A stretch of 42,490 nt of DNA from Candidatus Zixiibacteriota bacterium (GTDB lineage Bacteria > Zixibacteria > MSB-5A5 > UBA10806 > 4484-95): positions 1-42,490 of the forward strand of contig JAOZPT010000003.1 in assembly GCA_029932605.1 (NCBI GenBank). Direction: 5' to 3'. Every line of letters starts with the position of its first letter. Within the stretch, counting starts at the first letter, position 1. Below, piece by piece: positions 9,492-19,900 of this stretch. The position numbers and the translations under genes were made by a program. The notes beneath the pieces are model-generated. The model was not told where the DNA came from. It saw only the letters and a program-made list of their open reading frames with translations, and did not search any database.

Positions 9492-10382
9492 ATGACTTAT
9501 AAATCCATTGGAAAATATATTCCATTTTTTGGTTGTATGATGACCACCAAGTATCCATGGTTCGAGGCGGCTGTGCGTAAGACGGCAGCAAAAATCGGTA
9601 TGGAATTAATTGACATCGATGGTTTCACCTGCTGTCCTGACCCAATCTATTACCAGGCGCGCGACAAGATGGAATGGTACACAATCGCCGCCAGAAATAT
9701 ATCGCTGGCGGAAGACCTTGGTTATGATTTAATTACAACCTGTTCCGGTTGCACTGCTACCTTATCCGAGGTCAATTTAGCCTTAAAAGAAGACCCTGAG
9801 CTTAAAGCAAAAGTCAATGAACGCTTAAAGAAAATTGGCCGTGAGTTCAAAGGCTCGATAAATGTCCGCCATGCTGTTACGGTCATACGTGATGACTTCG
9901 GTTTCGAGCAGGTAACCAAGACTGTTACCCGTCCGCTGGAGGGGCTGAAAGTGGCTGTTCACTATGGTTGTCACCTTTTGAAACCGTCGCGGGTGATGCG
10001 TGTCGATGACCCCAACCACCCAACAATACTTGAAAACCTCCTCAAAGCCATCGGTGCCGAGCCAATCCATCATGATAAGACCATGTTATGCTGTGGCAAA
10101 GCCTGTATATCTGATGCTATACCGGAACAAATGATAATGGATATACTGGAAACGATAAAAAGCAGAGAAGCTGACTGTATGGGACTCATCTGCCCGACAT
10201 GTTTTGACCAATTCGATATAAGACAGATCATTCTGGGACGAAAACATAAAAAGAAACTCGATGTGCCAATCATCTATTATTTTCAGCTACTTGGGCTGGC
10301 ACAGGGGCTCAACACCAAAGATGTCGGCCTGCAAATGCATAAAGTAAAAGCCGACCAGATATTCGAAAAAGTATTAGCGTAA
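9492..10382 (+). CDS. hdrB: Heterodisulfide reductase subunit B (CCG domains)
   Basis: 'FFGC', 'TCCPDP', 'CSGC', 'HYGCH', 'CCGKA', 'CPTC', 'PIIYYFQLLGLA'. Likely start is the ATG at 9492, 1 nt after the hdrC stop, rather than 9426. Confidence 0.9.
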   Translation: MTYKSIGKYIPFFGCMMTTKYPWFEAAVRKTAAKIGMELIDIDGFTCCPDPIYYQARDKMEWYTIAARNISLAEDLGYDLITTCSGCTATLSEVNLALKEDPELKAKVNERLKKIGREFKGSINVRHAVTVIRDDFGFEQVTKTVTRPLEGLKVAVHYGCHLLKPSRVMRVDDPNHPTILENLLKAIGAEPIHHDKTMLCCGKACISDAIPEQMIMDILETIKSREADCMGLICPTCFDQFDIRQIILGRKHKKKLDVPIIYYFQLLGLAQGLNTKDVGLQMHKVKADQIFEKVLA

Positions 10383-10385
10383 ATT

Positions 10386-10412
10386 GTAGGTCAAAGCCCC
10401 TGCGGTTTTGAC
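10386..10412. repeat. GTAG-preceded palindrome (REP-like / possible bidirectional terminator) between converging hdrB and adh
   Basis: GTAG + GTCAAAGCC-CCTGC-GGTTTTGAC, a 9-bp stem with one G-U pair. Confidence 0.45.
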
Positions 10413-10426
10413 TGGAAGCTATAAAT

Positions 10427-11431
10427 TCAAATTTTCAGAACGGCTGCACCCTTGATTTTCCCCTTGCGCAGATTGTCCAGAGCCTTGTTTGCCTGCTCAA
10501 GGGGGAAAACCTGGACCTTTGTTTTTACAGGAACTTCAGGGGCGATTGCAAGTAATTCCTCACCATCCTGACGGGTCAGGTTGGCCACAGAACGGACAAC
10601 TCGCTCCTCCCAGAGCAGGTGATATGGAAATGATGGAATGTCGCTCATGTAGATACCAGCACAGACAACTGTGCCACCCTTCTTAGTCGCTTTTAAGGCT
10701 GCCGGTAAGAGCGGGCCAACCGGAGCAAAAATTATGGCTGCATCAAGCTTATCTGGAGGCAATTTTGTCGAATCGCCTGCCCATACAGCTCCAAGGCTGT
10801 AGGCAAACTCCTGACCGGTAACGTCGCCTGGTCTTGTGAATGCGTAGATACGTTTCCCCTGATATATGGCTATCTGGGCAATCACATGAGCGGAAGCTCC
10901 AAATCCATATAGCCCCAGGTCCTCTACACCTTCACCTGCCATCCGGTACGATCGATACCCGATTAACCCCGCACATAAAAGAGGTGCAGCTTCAACATCG
11001 CTGTATTTCTCCGGTATGGGAAAACAGTATCGTTGGTCTGCTACAGCATATTCAGCAAAACCCCCATCAATGGTATAACCGGTAAAAAGTGCATTTTCGC
11101 ACAGGTTTTCCTGTCCTCTCTTACAATAATAGCATTTGCCATCTGTATAACCCAACCATGGTACCCCGATCCGATCTTTTACATTAAATTTTTCGACATG
11201 ACTTCCAGTTTGAACGACAGTACCTATGATCTCGTGTCCGGGTATCAGGTGAGGTTTTGGTTTACTGAGATCACCATCGACTATATGTAGGTCTGTGCGG
11301 CAAACACCACAGGCATGGATTCTTATCAATACCTGTTCTGGCCCTGGTTCTGGAATAGTTATCTCCATAAGCTGAAGGGGTTGCCTTGCTTTTTCTAACA
11401 CCATTGCTCGCATCTTTTCTGGAATTTTCAT
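10427..11431 (-). CDS. Zinc-dependent alcohol dehydrogenase (MDR family)
   Basis: 334 aa. 'CGVCRTDLH', 'PGHEIIG', structural-Zn 'DGKCYYC...NLC', 'LGLYGFGASA'. Confidence 0.92.
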   Translation of the reverse strand: MKIPEKMRAMVLEKARQPLQLMEITIPEPGPEQVLIRIHACGVCRTDLHIVDGDLSKPKPHLIPGHEIIGTVVQTGSHVEKFNVKDRIGVPWLGYTDGKCYYCKRGQENLCENALFTGYTIDGGFAEYAVADQRYCFPIPEKYSDVEAAPLLCAGLIGYRSYRMAGEGVEDLGLYGFGASAHVIAQIAIYQGKRIYAFTRPGDVTGQEFAYSLGAVWAGDSTKLPPDKLDAAIIFAPVGPLLPAALKATKKGGTVVCAGIYMSDIPSFPYHLLWEERVVRSVANLTRQDGEELLAIAPEVPVKTKVQVFPLEQANKALDNLRKGKIKGAAVLKI

Positions 11432-11529
11432 TTTTACCCAGCCTGGTTAATTTAACAGTTATCAGTATCTAACCGTACTCATATAGTTAATTATAATATC
11501 ATGATCTATTTATAAATTCAACAGAATTG

Positions 11530-11556
11530 ATAGGTTGGGTTCCGAGGAAACCCGAC
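11530..11556. repeat. REP-like hairpin / probable terminator downstream of the ECF S-component gene
   Basis: ATAG + GTTGGGTT-CCGAGGA-AACCCGAC, an 8-bp stem with one G-U pair, about 10 nt past the stop at 11566. Confidence 0.45.
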
Positions 11557-11565
11557 AACCTTCAC

Positions 11566-12126
11566 TTAATTCTTGGGATTCTCTTGGTCTTTCTTTACCC
11601 ACCAATTGGCGATAATCGGCAGGAGTATGATCTGTCCCAGCGCCGCAAACAGACCGGGCAACAGTGCCGCCTTAAAATATTGCATATAATTACCGCTTGC
11701 GGCAAAACCCAAGTAAACGGTCAGAGCAAATGCAACTCTTCCGATTATGAGGGCAGGAATAACCGACATGAATGGATTGAAGAGAAGCTTTTCACGCAAG
11801 AAGCCGGCGACGAAACCATAGGTAAACAGTTCGACCGTCATGGCGGGCAGAATTGCAGGTAAGGGCATGCCGGATATAAGGTAACTTAATGATGGAGAGA
11901 GCAACCCCACCAGCGCACCGCTTCTCCAACCGAAGACCAAGCCTGCCAGGATAACAGGCCAGTGCATAGGTAGAAGAATTCTTACCGGAGCGCCTGATAA
12001 GTGAGCCACAGCGGGCAACATAACAGCGACTCCAATAAGGATTACTTGGAAAACCAAAGATTTTGTTCCCCAGAACACCAAAGTGATGTTTTTTACTGAT
12101 ATGGAAGGCTGATTTTTGTTATACAT
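11566..12126 (-). CDS. ECF transporter S component (substrate unknown)
   Basis: 186 aa with about 6 hydrophobic segments. 'LLPMHWPVILAGLVFGWRSGALVGLLSP' and 'GMP...PAMTVEL' are typical of ECF S components. Confidence 0.8.
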   Translation of the reverse strand: MYNKNQPSISVKNITLVFWGTKSLVFQVILIGVAVMLPAVAHLSGAPVRILLPMHWPVILAGLVFGWRSGALVGLLSPSLSYLISGMPLPAILPAMTVELFTYGFVAGFLREKLLFNPFMSVIPALIIGRVAFALTVYLGFAASGNYMQYFKAALLPGLFAALGQIILLPIIANWWVKKDQENPKN

Positions 12127-12345
12127 TTTTGTATCTTCCTTGATGGTATTCTTTAAAATGGCTCAACAACAGATCCTTTGCAAATTAAAAGGATTTTTTA
12201 ATCGCTTAGTACAATATATTAGTCTTTATTTAGTTACGTCAAGTGTTTTCAATATAAAAAAAATGATGTAAATTTAATTGTTAAAATTGTATCAGTTGAA
12301 ACTTAAAATTTTTACAGGTATATCCAGAGGAAAAAAGATACACCC

Positions 12346-12585
12346 GTGAAACCATTAAGACTTGACAGTAAAAATGTAGGTTATGTGAAGTTAGCCCCTG
12401 AGGCTGGACAGAAAAGGTTAGAATATCTGGCAAGGTTTTGTTATAGTTTCAATCAAGATGGCAGTATTTCTTTAGAATGGGATGGGCGTGATCATAAAGG
12501 TGAAGATGTGAGCAGTGGGGTATACTTTATATCATTACAAGCACAGAATGGAGGTGATGTCAAGAAGGTAATCTTATTGAGGTAG
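12346..12585 (+). pseudogene. Orphan C-terminal sorting (T9SS-A/FlgD-Ig-like) domain fragment
   Basis: The C-terminal half 'LEWDGRDHKGEDVSSGVYFISLQAQNGGDVKKVILLR' parallels the C-termini of 29205-32129 and 32513-34327. The N-terminal NxPNPFN motif and any passenger domain or signal peptide are missing. Confidence 0.55.
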
Positions 12586-12758
12586 AGTACTATTTTAAAC
12601 CTTAAACTACTTCCCTACCGGTTTAGCAGGGGGGAGACGGCGGACACTATTGGAACGGCATTTGGGGCAGGTTCTTTCAGTGATATTATCCGGGTCATAC
12701 ATACCTTTATATTCATGTCCACATTTGAGGCATTTAAAGGTAGTTTCTCTTGCAGGCA

Positions 12759-15230
12759 TCAGGCTTTCACCTCTTCATTTTTTAAAGCTTTTTTCTTTTT
12801 GCTCTTGGCCTCTTCCTCGGTTAAGACTTTCATTGTATGCTCGATCTCTTCTTTAGTAACGGCTTTGACCATATCTTCCAGTTCGCGCATGACCTTGGCG
12901 AATTTCTGGCCCTCGGCGGCGGATATCCATTCAAGCTGCAACCTTTCGGGACGGATACCCAGTTTTTCAAGTTTGTTCCACATACGGTCCATTCGTTTCT
13001 GTGTCCACTGCACAGCGCTGATGTAATGGCAATCGCTGAAATGACATCCGGATACAAGCACCATTGGCGCACCCAACTTGAAAGCATGCATTACGAATTT
13101 CTCGTCGACTCTGCCGGAGCACATTGTCCTTATCAGTCTGCATGTGGGAGGATACTGCAATCTTGAGGTTCCAGCCATATCACCACCGGCATAACTGCAC
13201 CAGTTGCAGGCGAATGTCACAAGATGTTTGTGAGGCTCTACGGCCAGCAGAGCTTCGATTTGGGCCATAATCTGCTCATCGCGGAAATGCCGCATGGTGA
13301 TAGCATCCTGTTGACACTCCGAGGCGCAGGCACCACATCCGGCGCAGGCAGCCTGGATGACAATAGGTGCTTTCTTGGCTTTCCGATCAGGGGCTATGAT
13401 AGCATTATATGGACAGACCCGCGCACAGACACCACAATAGTTACATTTGTCAGGATCGATCTGAGAGGTGATAGCCTCGACCCTGGTTTTGCCGGCGTTG
13501 AGTAGAATGCTGGCTCTGGCCGCTGCAGCACCTGCCTGGGTGACGCTGTCTTTGATATCTTTGGGCGATTCTACACATCCAGCTATGAAAATACCTTTAG
13601 TAGGAGCATCAACCGGCTTAAGCTTGGGGTGAGACTCCATAACAAAACCATCAGAGGTTGTTGATAATGTCAGAAGCCTTTTGATAGTCTCACCATCGCG
13701 ACGAGGTATAACCCCTTGTGACAGAACTAGCATCTCAAGCTCATGTTTTTCCAACTTGCCAGTGGTCGTGTTTTCAACAGTTAAGATAAGGTTCTTGGTT
13801 TGAGGATCTTCTGTGACCTCACCCGGGATACCCCTTATATATTTAACACCCTCTTCCTTACTTCGCATATAAAGATCTTCGAAACCTTTACCAAAGGCAC
13901 GGATATCCATGTAGAAAACCTCAGCCTGAACTCCAGGGTAATGGTCGCACAGCAGAAGAGTATCTTTAACGGTGTTCATACAGCAGATGTTACTGCAATA
14001 TGGGTTACCACGGCCATCCCGCGAGCGGGAACCAACACATTGTATAAAGCCGATGCTCTGGGGAATCTTACGGTCAGTTGGTCGAATGAAATGCCCCTCG
14101 GTTGGGCCTCCAGCGCAGATTAACCGCTCAAACTCCATACTGGTGATAACGTTCTCGAAACGAGTGTAGCCATATTCATCGTATTCCGTAGGATCATATA
14201 CATCCATACCGGTAGCAACGATTACCACACCTACCTCGACGTTCACCAGTTTATCCTGGTCATCGTAGTTGATACATTTTTTCTCGCACGCCTCAAAGCA
14301 TTTGCCACAAGCAATAGGATTGTTGCCGAGGCAGTTTTCCATATTCAGTATATAAGATGACGGTACTGCTTGAGGAAAGGGTAAATATATAGCCTTACGT
14401 GAGGAGAATCCTTGTTGGTATTCGTCAGGCACCGTTACCGGGCAGACTTTGGCGCATTCGTCACAACTGGTGCACTCGTTGGGATCTACATAGCGAGCCT
14501 TCTTGCGTATTGCCACGTTGAAATTGCCCACGTAACCGGTAACTGATTCGACCTCGCTGTAGGTCATTAACTCGATATTTGGATGTCGACCGACATCCAT
14601 CATTTTGGGACCGAGTATTCATATGGAACAATCCATTGTCGGGTAGGTTTTGTCGATTGCAGCCATAATCCCACCGATTGTGGGTTCTTTCTCGACCAGA
14701 TAGACTTTGTGCCCACCGTCTGCTAAATCGAGGGCTGCCTGGATACCTGAGATGCCTCCGCCGATAACCAGTGCTGCCTTGGTAACCGGTACTTCCGCTT
14801 CCTGTTGTGGTTCCAAAAAACGAGCCCTGGCAACGCCACTTCTAACAAGGTCTTTGGCCTTCTCGGTAGCTGCTTCCTTTTCAGTTTGATGAACCCAGCT
14901 ACAGTGCTCACGAATATTTACCATTTCGAACAGATACGGGTTTAATCCTGCATCAGCTACACATTCACGGAATGTCGGCTCGTGGATTTTTGGAGTGCAG
15001 GAGGCTACCACAACACGATTGAGGTTATGTTCGGTTATAGCCTTTTTAATCTCATTTTGTCCAGGGTCAGCGCATGTATACTTATTCTGGACGACAACCA
15101 CAACATCATCCAGTGTCTCAGCGTATTTACTGACAGCAGTACAATCAATGGTGCCGGCGATATTCAGTCCGCACTCACAGACGAACACACCAATGCGCAA
15201 ATCCCCAGGTTTTTTTAATTCAACTGCCAT
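12759..15230 (-). CDS. hdrA: Selenocysteine-containing HdrA fused to C-terminal MvhD (about 823 aa)
   Basis: ORFs 14619-15251 and 12759-14603 are in frame across TGA 14619-14621: ...[27 protein letters not shown]... Contains the HdrA N-domain '[10 protein letters not shown]', FAD motif 'GGGISG', a ferredoxin insert, 'CVGSR...CSNICC', a C-terminal ferredoxin, then MvhD '[12 protein letters not shown]...MCSGRV...GCHFSDCHY'. Likely start is the ATG at 15230 (GGGAG SD). Confidence 0.9.
14570..14618 (-). promoter_or_regulatory. Bacterial SECIS-like hairpin 3' of UGA in hdrA-mvhD
   Basis: mRNA after UGA: upper stem UGGAUGUC-[GGUC]-GACAUCCA (8 bp) with the loop starting 27 nt after UGA. Lower stem ACUCGGU/AUCGAGU. 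Confidence 0.8.
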
Positions 15231-15314
15231 ATCTTTTCTCCCAGCCGTCAAGAACTTTTATTCTTGTCTTAGGCAGGTAGGTTGTCAAAATGTTACTCAT
15301 CTTTATCCAAAGCC

Positions 15315-16457
15315 TCAACCAGTTAAGGCTGAAGCAACTAAGTTCACGAAATCGGTTAATTTTATACCGACTTTTTCTGTTTCCTCTCCACATTCAGCAC
15401 ACCGAAAATGAATCTGGCATTTCGGGCAGGCGGTTACTAATGTATTTGCACCTGTATCCTTAGCCTCAATCAGCCTGCTGTTTTGAATCTGCTTGGAGGT
15501 AGTATCGCAGTTCATCCAGTTGGTGGTGCCACAACATATTGCGCCTTGCTTGTTGTGAGGCATCTCGAGGAACTTTATCCCCGGAATAGACAACATCGCC
15601 TCACGTGGTTGCTGGTAAATACCCATGTGTCTGCCCAAACGGCAAGGGTCCTGGAAAGTAACTTCCATATCAATGGTATTGAATTTTAATTTGCCGATGT
15701 TTTCGGCAACAACCTCGGCGATATGTTTAACCTTGAAGTTTACACTACCAAATCGTTCAGGATAGAGCTTTTTTAATACAAGAGCGCATTCCGGGCAAGC
15801 TGTCACTACAGTTTTGGCGCCAGTTTGCTCTATCTCCTTTAAATTTATTTGCCCAAGCTCATCAAACTGTCTTAACTGACCCAGCCAGTAAAGGTCATGG
15901 CCACAACATCGCTCGTTGTCCATGACCACTGGTTCGATACCGAGATAATTTAGAATTTTCACCGTATCCTGGGCAATTGAAATTGGTGAAAAATCGAAAT
16001 CCTTGGCAAAATAGTTTTCGTAATATGGTAAACATCCAACAAAATAAAGAACTTCACCTTTGGTTTTAACCTTTAGGTTGTCGTTTATCCAGCCAGTACG
16101 GCTTTGTTTGAGATTAGGTGAAGAGAGCATATCCATGATGTAGTGAAAGGTACCGCCATGTGATGGGTTACCCCATTTCCCCTGGCTGTATGCCTCAGCC
16201 CGAATATCCCGCATATATTCGGAATACCTGACATCCACAGGACAACGCTGTGAACACAGCTGACAGGTTAAGCAGGACCATAAGAGATTGTCGGAGATAA
16301 GTTCATTGCCGCCATAGAAAAGACCCTCGGCTACCATCCGTCGGGGGGAATAGCTGTTATTGAAGCGAGAAATGGGACATACACTGGTGCATTTTCCACA
16401 TTCAAGGCAGTAAAAGGCGCTGCTTTTCTTTATTTTTTCAGCAACATTTTTCATCAT
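15315..16457 (-). CDS. HdrD-like (Fe-S)-binding protein: 2x[4Fe-4S] plus two CCG domains
   Basis: 'CLECGKCTSVCP', 'CLTCQLCSQRCP', 'FVGC', 'CCGHD', 'ACPEC', 'QDPCRLGR', 'CCGTT', 'ACPKC'. Confidence 0.85.
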   Translation of the reverse strand: MMKNVAEKIKKSSAFYCLECGKCTSVCPISRFNNSYSPRRMVAEGLFYGGNELISDNLLWSCLTCQLCSQRCPVDVRYSEYMRDIRAEAYSQGKWGNPSHGGTFHYIMDMLSSPNLKQSRTGWINDNLKVKTKGEVLYFVGCLPYYENYFAKDFDFSPISIAQDTVKILNYLGIEPVVMDNERCCGHDLYWLGQLRQFDELGQINLKEIEQTGAKTVVTACPECALVLKKLYPERFGSVNFKVKHIAEVVAENIGKLKFNTIDMEVTFQDPCRLGRHMGIYQQPREAMLSIPGIKFLEMPHNKQGAICCGTTNWMNCDTTSKQIQNSRLIEAKDTGANTLVTACPKCQIHFRCAECGEETEKVGIKLTDFVNLVASALTG

Positions 16458-16921
16458 TTATTAAATTTTGGTTTATGATTTAATGGGCTTGGTCCCAGAG
16501 CGGTTATCTGTTCGGTAAATTCGTTAATGACCTGAGCCCAACGTGGTCCCTCTGCCGCTGAAATCCATTCCAGGCGTATGCGTTTCTCATCCAACCCCAA
16601 AGTCTTCACTAACTCTTTAGTTTTTTCAAATTGGTCTACAGCCTTATAGTTGCCAAATATATAATGGCAATCACCAAAATGACAGCCTGAAACGAGAACA
16701 CCATCTGCCCCAAGTTTCAGGGCTTTAAGTATAAAAGCGGGAGTGACCCGACCAGAACACATGGTTCGAATAATTCTAAAATTGGGCGAATGTTGAATCC
16801 TGTTTACACCAGCGGTGTCAGCACCTGCATAACTGCACCAGTTGCAGGCAAAAGCGACAATATTGGGCACGAATTTTTTATTCGTTGATTTCTTTTTAGT
16901 CTTTGGTTTTTTCACAGGCAT
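16454..16921 (-). CDS. mvhD: MvhD-type [2Fe-2S] subunit
   Basis: '[12 protein letters not shown]', 'MCSGRV', '[17 protein letters not shown]', '[10 protein letters not shown]'. Overlaps the next gene by 4 nt. Confidence 0.9.
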   Translation of the reverse strand: MPVKKPKTKKKSTNKKFVPNIVAFACNWCSYAGADTAGVNRIQHSPNFRIIRTMCSGRVTPAFILKALKLGADGVLVSGCHFGDCHYIFGNYKAVDQFEKTKELVKTLGLDEKRIRLEWISAAEGPRWAQVINEFTEQITALGPSPLNHKPKFNK

Positions 16922-16924
16922 ATA

Positions 16925-19900
16925 TTAAGTCTCATCGGTTAATAAAGCTTCCATCATGGAATCGATCTGCTTGTCGGTGAAATGCTGTGCTTCGATTGCC
17001 CCGGTCGGGCACCAACTGGCACAGGTGCCACATCCTTTACATAAAGCCTGATTTATCTCAGCAACTTTTAGTCCGGGCACGATCTCAATCAATGATGGTG
17101 CATGGTATTCACAAATTTCCACACATCGGCCGCAGGCACGGCATAAATCCTGCTGAACAACACACGTAATCGGTTCGAGCATCACGGTATCGCGGGCAAT
17201 AAATGACGCTACCTTGGCGGCCGCGGCAGAACCCTGGGCAATGGAATCAGAGATATCCTTGGGCCCACTCACGCAACCAGCCAGGAACACTCCCTCGGTG
17301 GTCGTCTCAACCGGACCGAGTTTGGCGTGACGCTCCATGAAAAAGCCGTCGGCGCCTATAGGCAATTTTAAGATTTCATGAAGTTTGTCAGTGCTTTCCT
17401 TATTGGGCACCATTCCTGCCGCAAGCACTATATAATCAACATCTATTTCCAGAACGCGGTTTAGAGCAAGCTCTAAGATATCGACCGCTTCAGCCTGATT
17501 AGCGTTGCCGATTACCCTGGGCAATCTCTCAGATGTATACCTTATGAACCTCACTCCCAGAGCTCTTGCGTGGCGGTAATGCTCCTCGGCTTTAGCCCCA
17601 ACTGTGCGCATATCGCGATGCAGAACAGCTACATTCACACCATTCTCTCGCAGACGGACAGCCTGTTTGATGGTCGTTGGGCAGCAAAAACGCGAGCATC
17701 CGGGATTCTTTTCGGGATTACGAGAACCAACACACTGGATGAAAACGACGGTTTTCGGCGTCTTACCTTTTATTTTTAATGAACCTTTAGTATCATGTAG
17801 AATATTTTCAAGTTCCTGGTTGGTTATAACGTTTTCATATTGACCATAGCCGAATTCACCATTGGGTTTATATATATCAGCACCAGTCGCCACCACTATG
17901 GTTCCTACTTTGAAGTTGCCGTATGAGGTGGAAACATCGAAATTACCAACAAAGCCGGTTATGGAATTTATTTGGGTAGAAGGCATTACCTCAACTCGGC
18001 TAGCTCTAAGTTTTTCCACCATGGTCCGGGCAAGCTCAACCGCTAAAAGGTCAGCGGGATAAACTCTGGTCAAGTTATTTAAGTATCCGCCGAGACGGCC
18101 TTCCTTTTCTATAAGGTAAACCTTGAAACCCTGAGCTTCAAGATCTAAGGCGGCGCGCATACCAGCTACACCCCCACCAATGATAAGCACACTCTGGTTG
18201 ATTGGAATAGATTGTTTATGTAAGGGTTGCAAATGACGAGCCCTGGCTACCCCCATTCTTATGAGATCCTTAGCCTTCTGGGTAGCTATTTCCGGTGTAT
18301 CGGTATGCACCCATGAACACTGGTCACGCACATTGACTATTTCAAAGAGATAGGGGTTAAGGCCAACCTGTTCACAACTTTCACGGAAAATAGGTTCATG
18401 TGTGCGGGGAGTGCAGGCGGCTGCAACAATACGGTTGAGCTTTTTCTTGATGATCGTATCTTGCAAACACTTCTGACCATCGTTTGAACAGAGAAAAAGA
18501 CTTTCTTGGACAAAAACAACACCGGGTAGTCTCTCAGCGTATTTCTTCAAAGCGGCAACATCTAGAACTCCGGCGATGTTGATACCACAGTGGCAAATGA
18601 AAACGCCGATTCGTGGAGGGCCGTTGATGTCTAAAGGTGGGATTTCCTCTTTAACTTCTTCAATTCTAACTTTGGCAACATATTTTTCTGCCTCAGCCGC
18701 TGCCCCTGAGCCTTGGGCTACTGAATCAGAAATATCATTAACTCCAGCAGCACAACCACAAATATATATACCCTCTCTGGGGGTATGTAATGGTGAACCA
18801 TATTTCGCATCTGTTTTTAAGAACCCATTTTCATCAAGGTCAATGCCGAGAACCTCAGCAAGTTTTTTGTTCGATTTTGACGCTATTGCACCGGTTGACA
18901 ATACGGCCATATCGAATTTGATTCCGCCTATCTTCCCGGTTTCAACATCCTCAACATATACGGTCAAATCTTTTGTTTTGGGATCCTCAACTATCTTAGA
19001 CGGTCGCCCTCTGATATATTTCAACTCCGGGACTTCAAGCGAACGCTGGTAAAATTCCTCGAATCCCTTGCCTGCTGCACGCATATCGATATAGAAAACT
19101 GCCATCTCTTCAATTTCGGATTCGTGCTGTTTTACAAGCATACAGTCTTTGACCGCATTCATACAGCAGAATCGTGAGCAATACTGACAGCCAGCCTCTT
19201 TTCCCTCGCCTCTCGAACCAACACATTGAATAAAAGCAATTTTTTTGGGCACTTTTCGATCGGATGGCCTGATTATATGTCCCCTGGTCGGTCCCGATGC
19301 GTTTAACATCCTTTCCAGCTCCATATTAGTTAAGACATTATCATAAAGGCCATAACCATAACTGGAAATAGCGGTGGCGTCATAAACATCAAATCCGGTT
19401 GCTACAATGACTGAGCCTATATCAAGGTTAATCTCCTCACCAGGGTCATCGAAATTGATTGCGTTGCGGTCACAGCTATTAACGCAATTGTTACAAACAA
19501 GAAACTCACCATTAAGGCAGTTTTCCCTGTCTATGATATGGGTGTAGGGCACCGCCTGGGCAAAGGGTGAATAAATGGCTTTGCGTGCTCCCATTCCAAC
19601 CTCGAAGTCATTGGGTACTACAACCGGGCAATCCTCAACACACTGGCCACAGCCGGTGCATAACTCTTCACTTACGTAACGAGGATGTCGTTTGATTGTG
19701 GCCCGGAAGTTGCCTGCCTTACCCTCAAAATAGGTTAGCTCGGAATGGGTCATGATCTCAATATTGGGATGCCGACCGGCATCTAACATCCGTGGTCCCA
19801 GAATTCATATAGAGCAGTCCATAGTGGGGAAGGTCTTGTCAAGTTGAGCCATCCTTCCCCCAAGCGAGGGTAATTTCTCAACCAGATATACCTTCACCCG

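Noticed and set aside
12127..12345. Riboswitch upstream of the ECF S-component gene
   Set aside because: The leader is short and AT-rich with no recognisable TPP, FMN, cobalamin, SAM or preQ1 motif. Only a possible TTGACG-18-TATATT promoter is visible.
15220..15300. 26-codon minus-strand ORF (MSNILTTYLPK...) in the hdrD-hdrA gap, or readthrough of the hdrD TGA
   Set aside because: No SD or recognisable motif. Readthrough would hit TAA after three codons and there is no SECIS-like hairpin.
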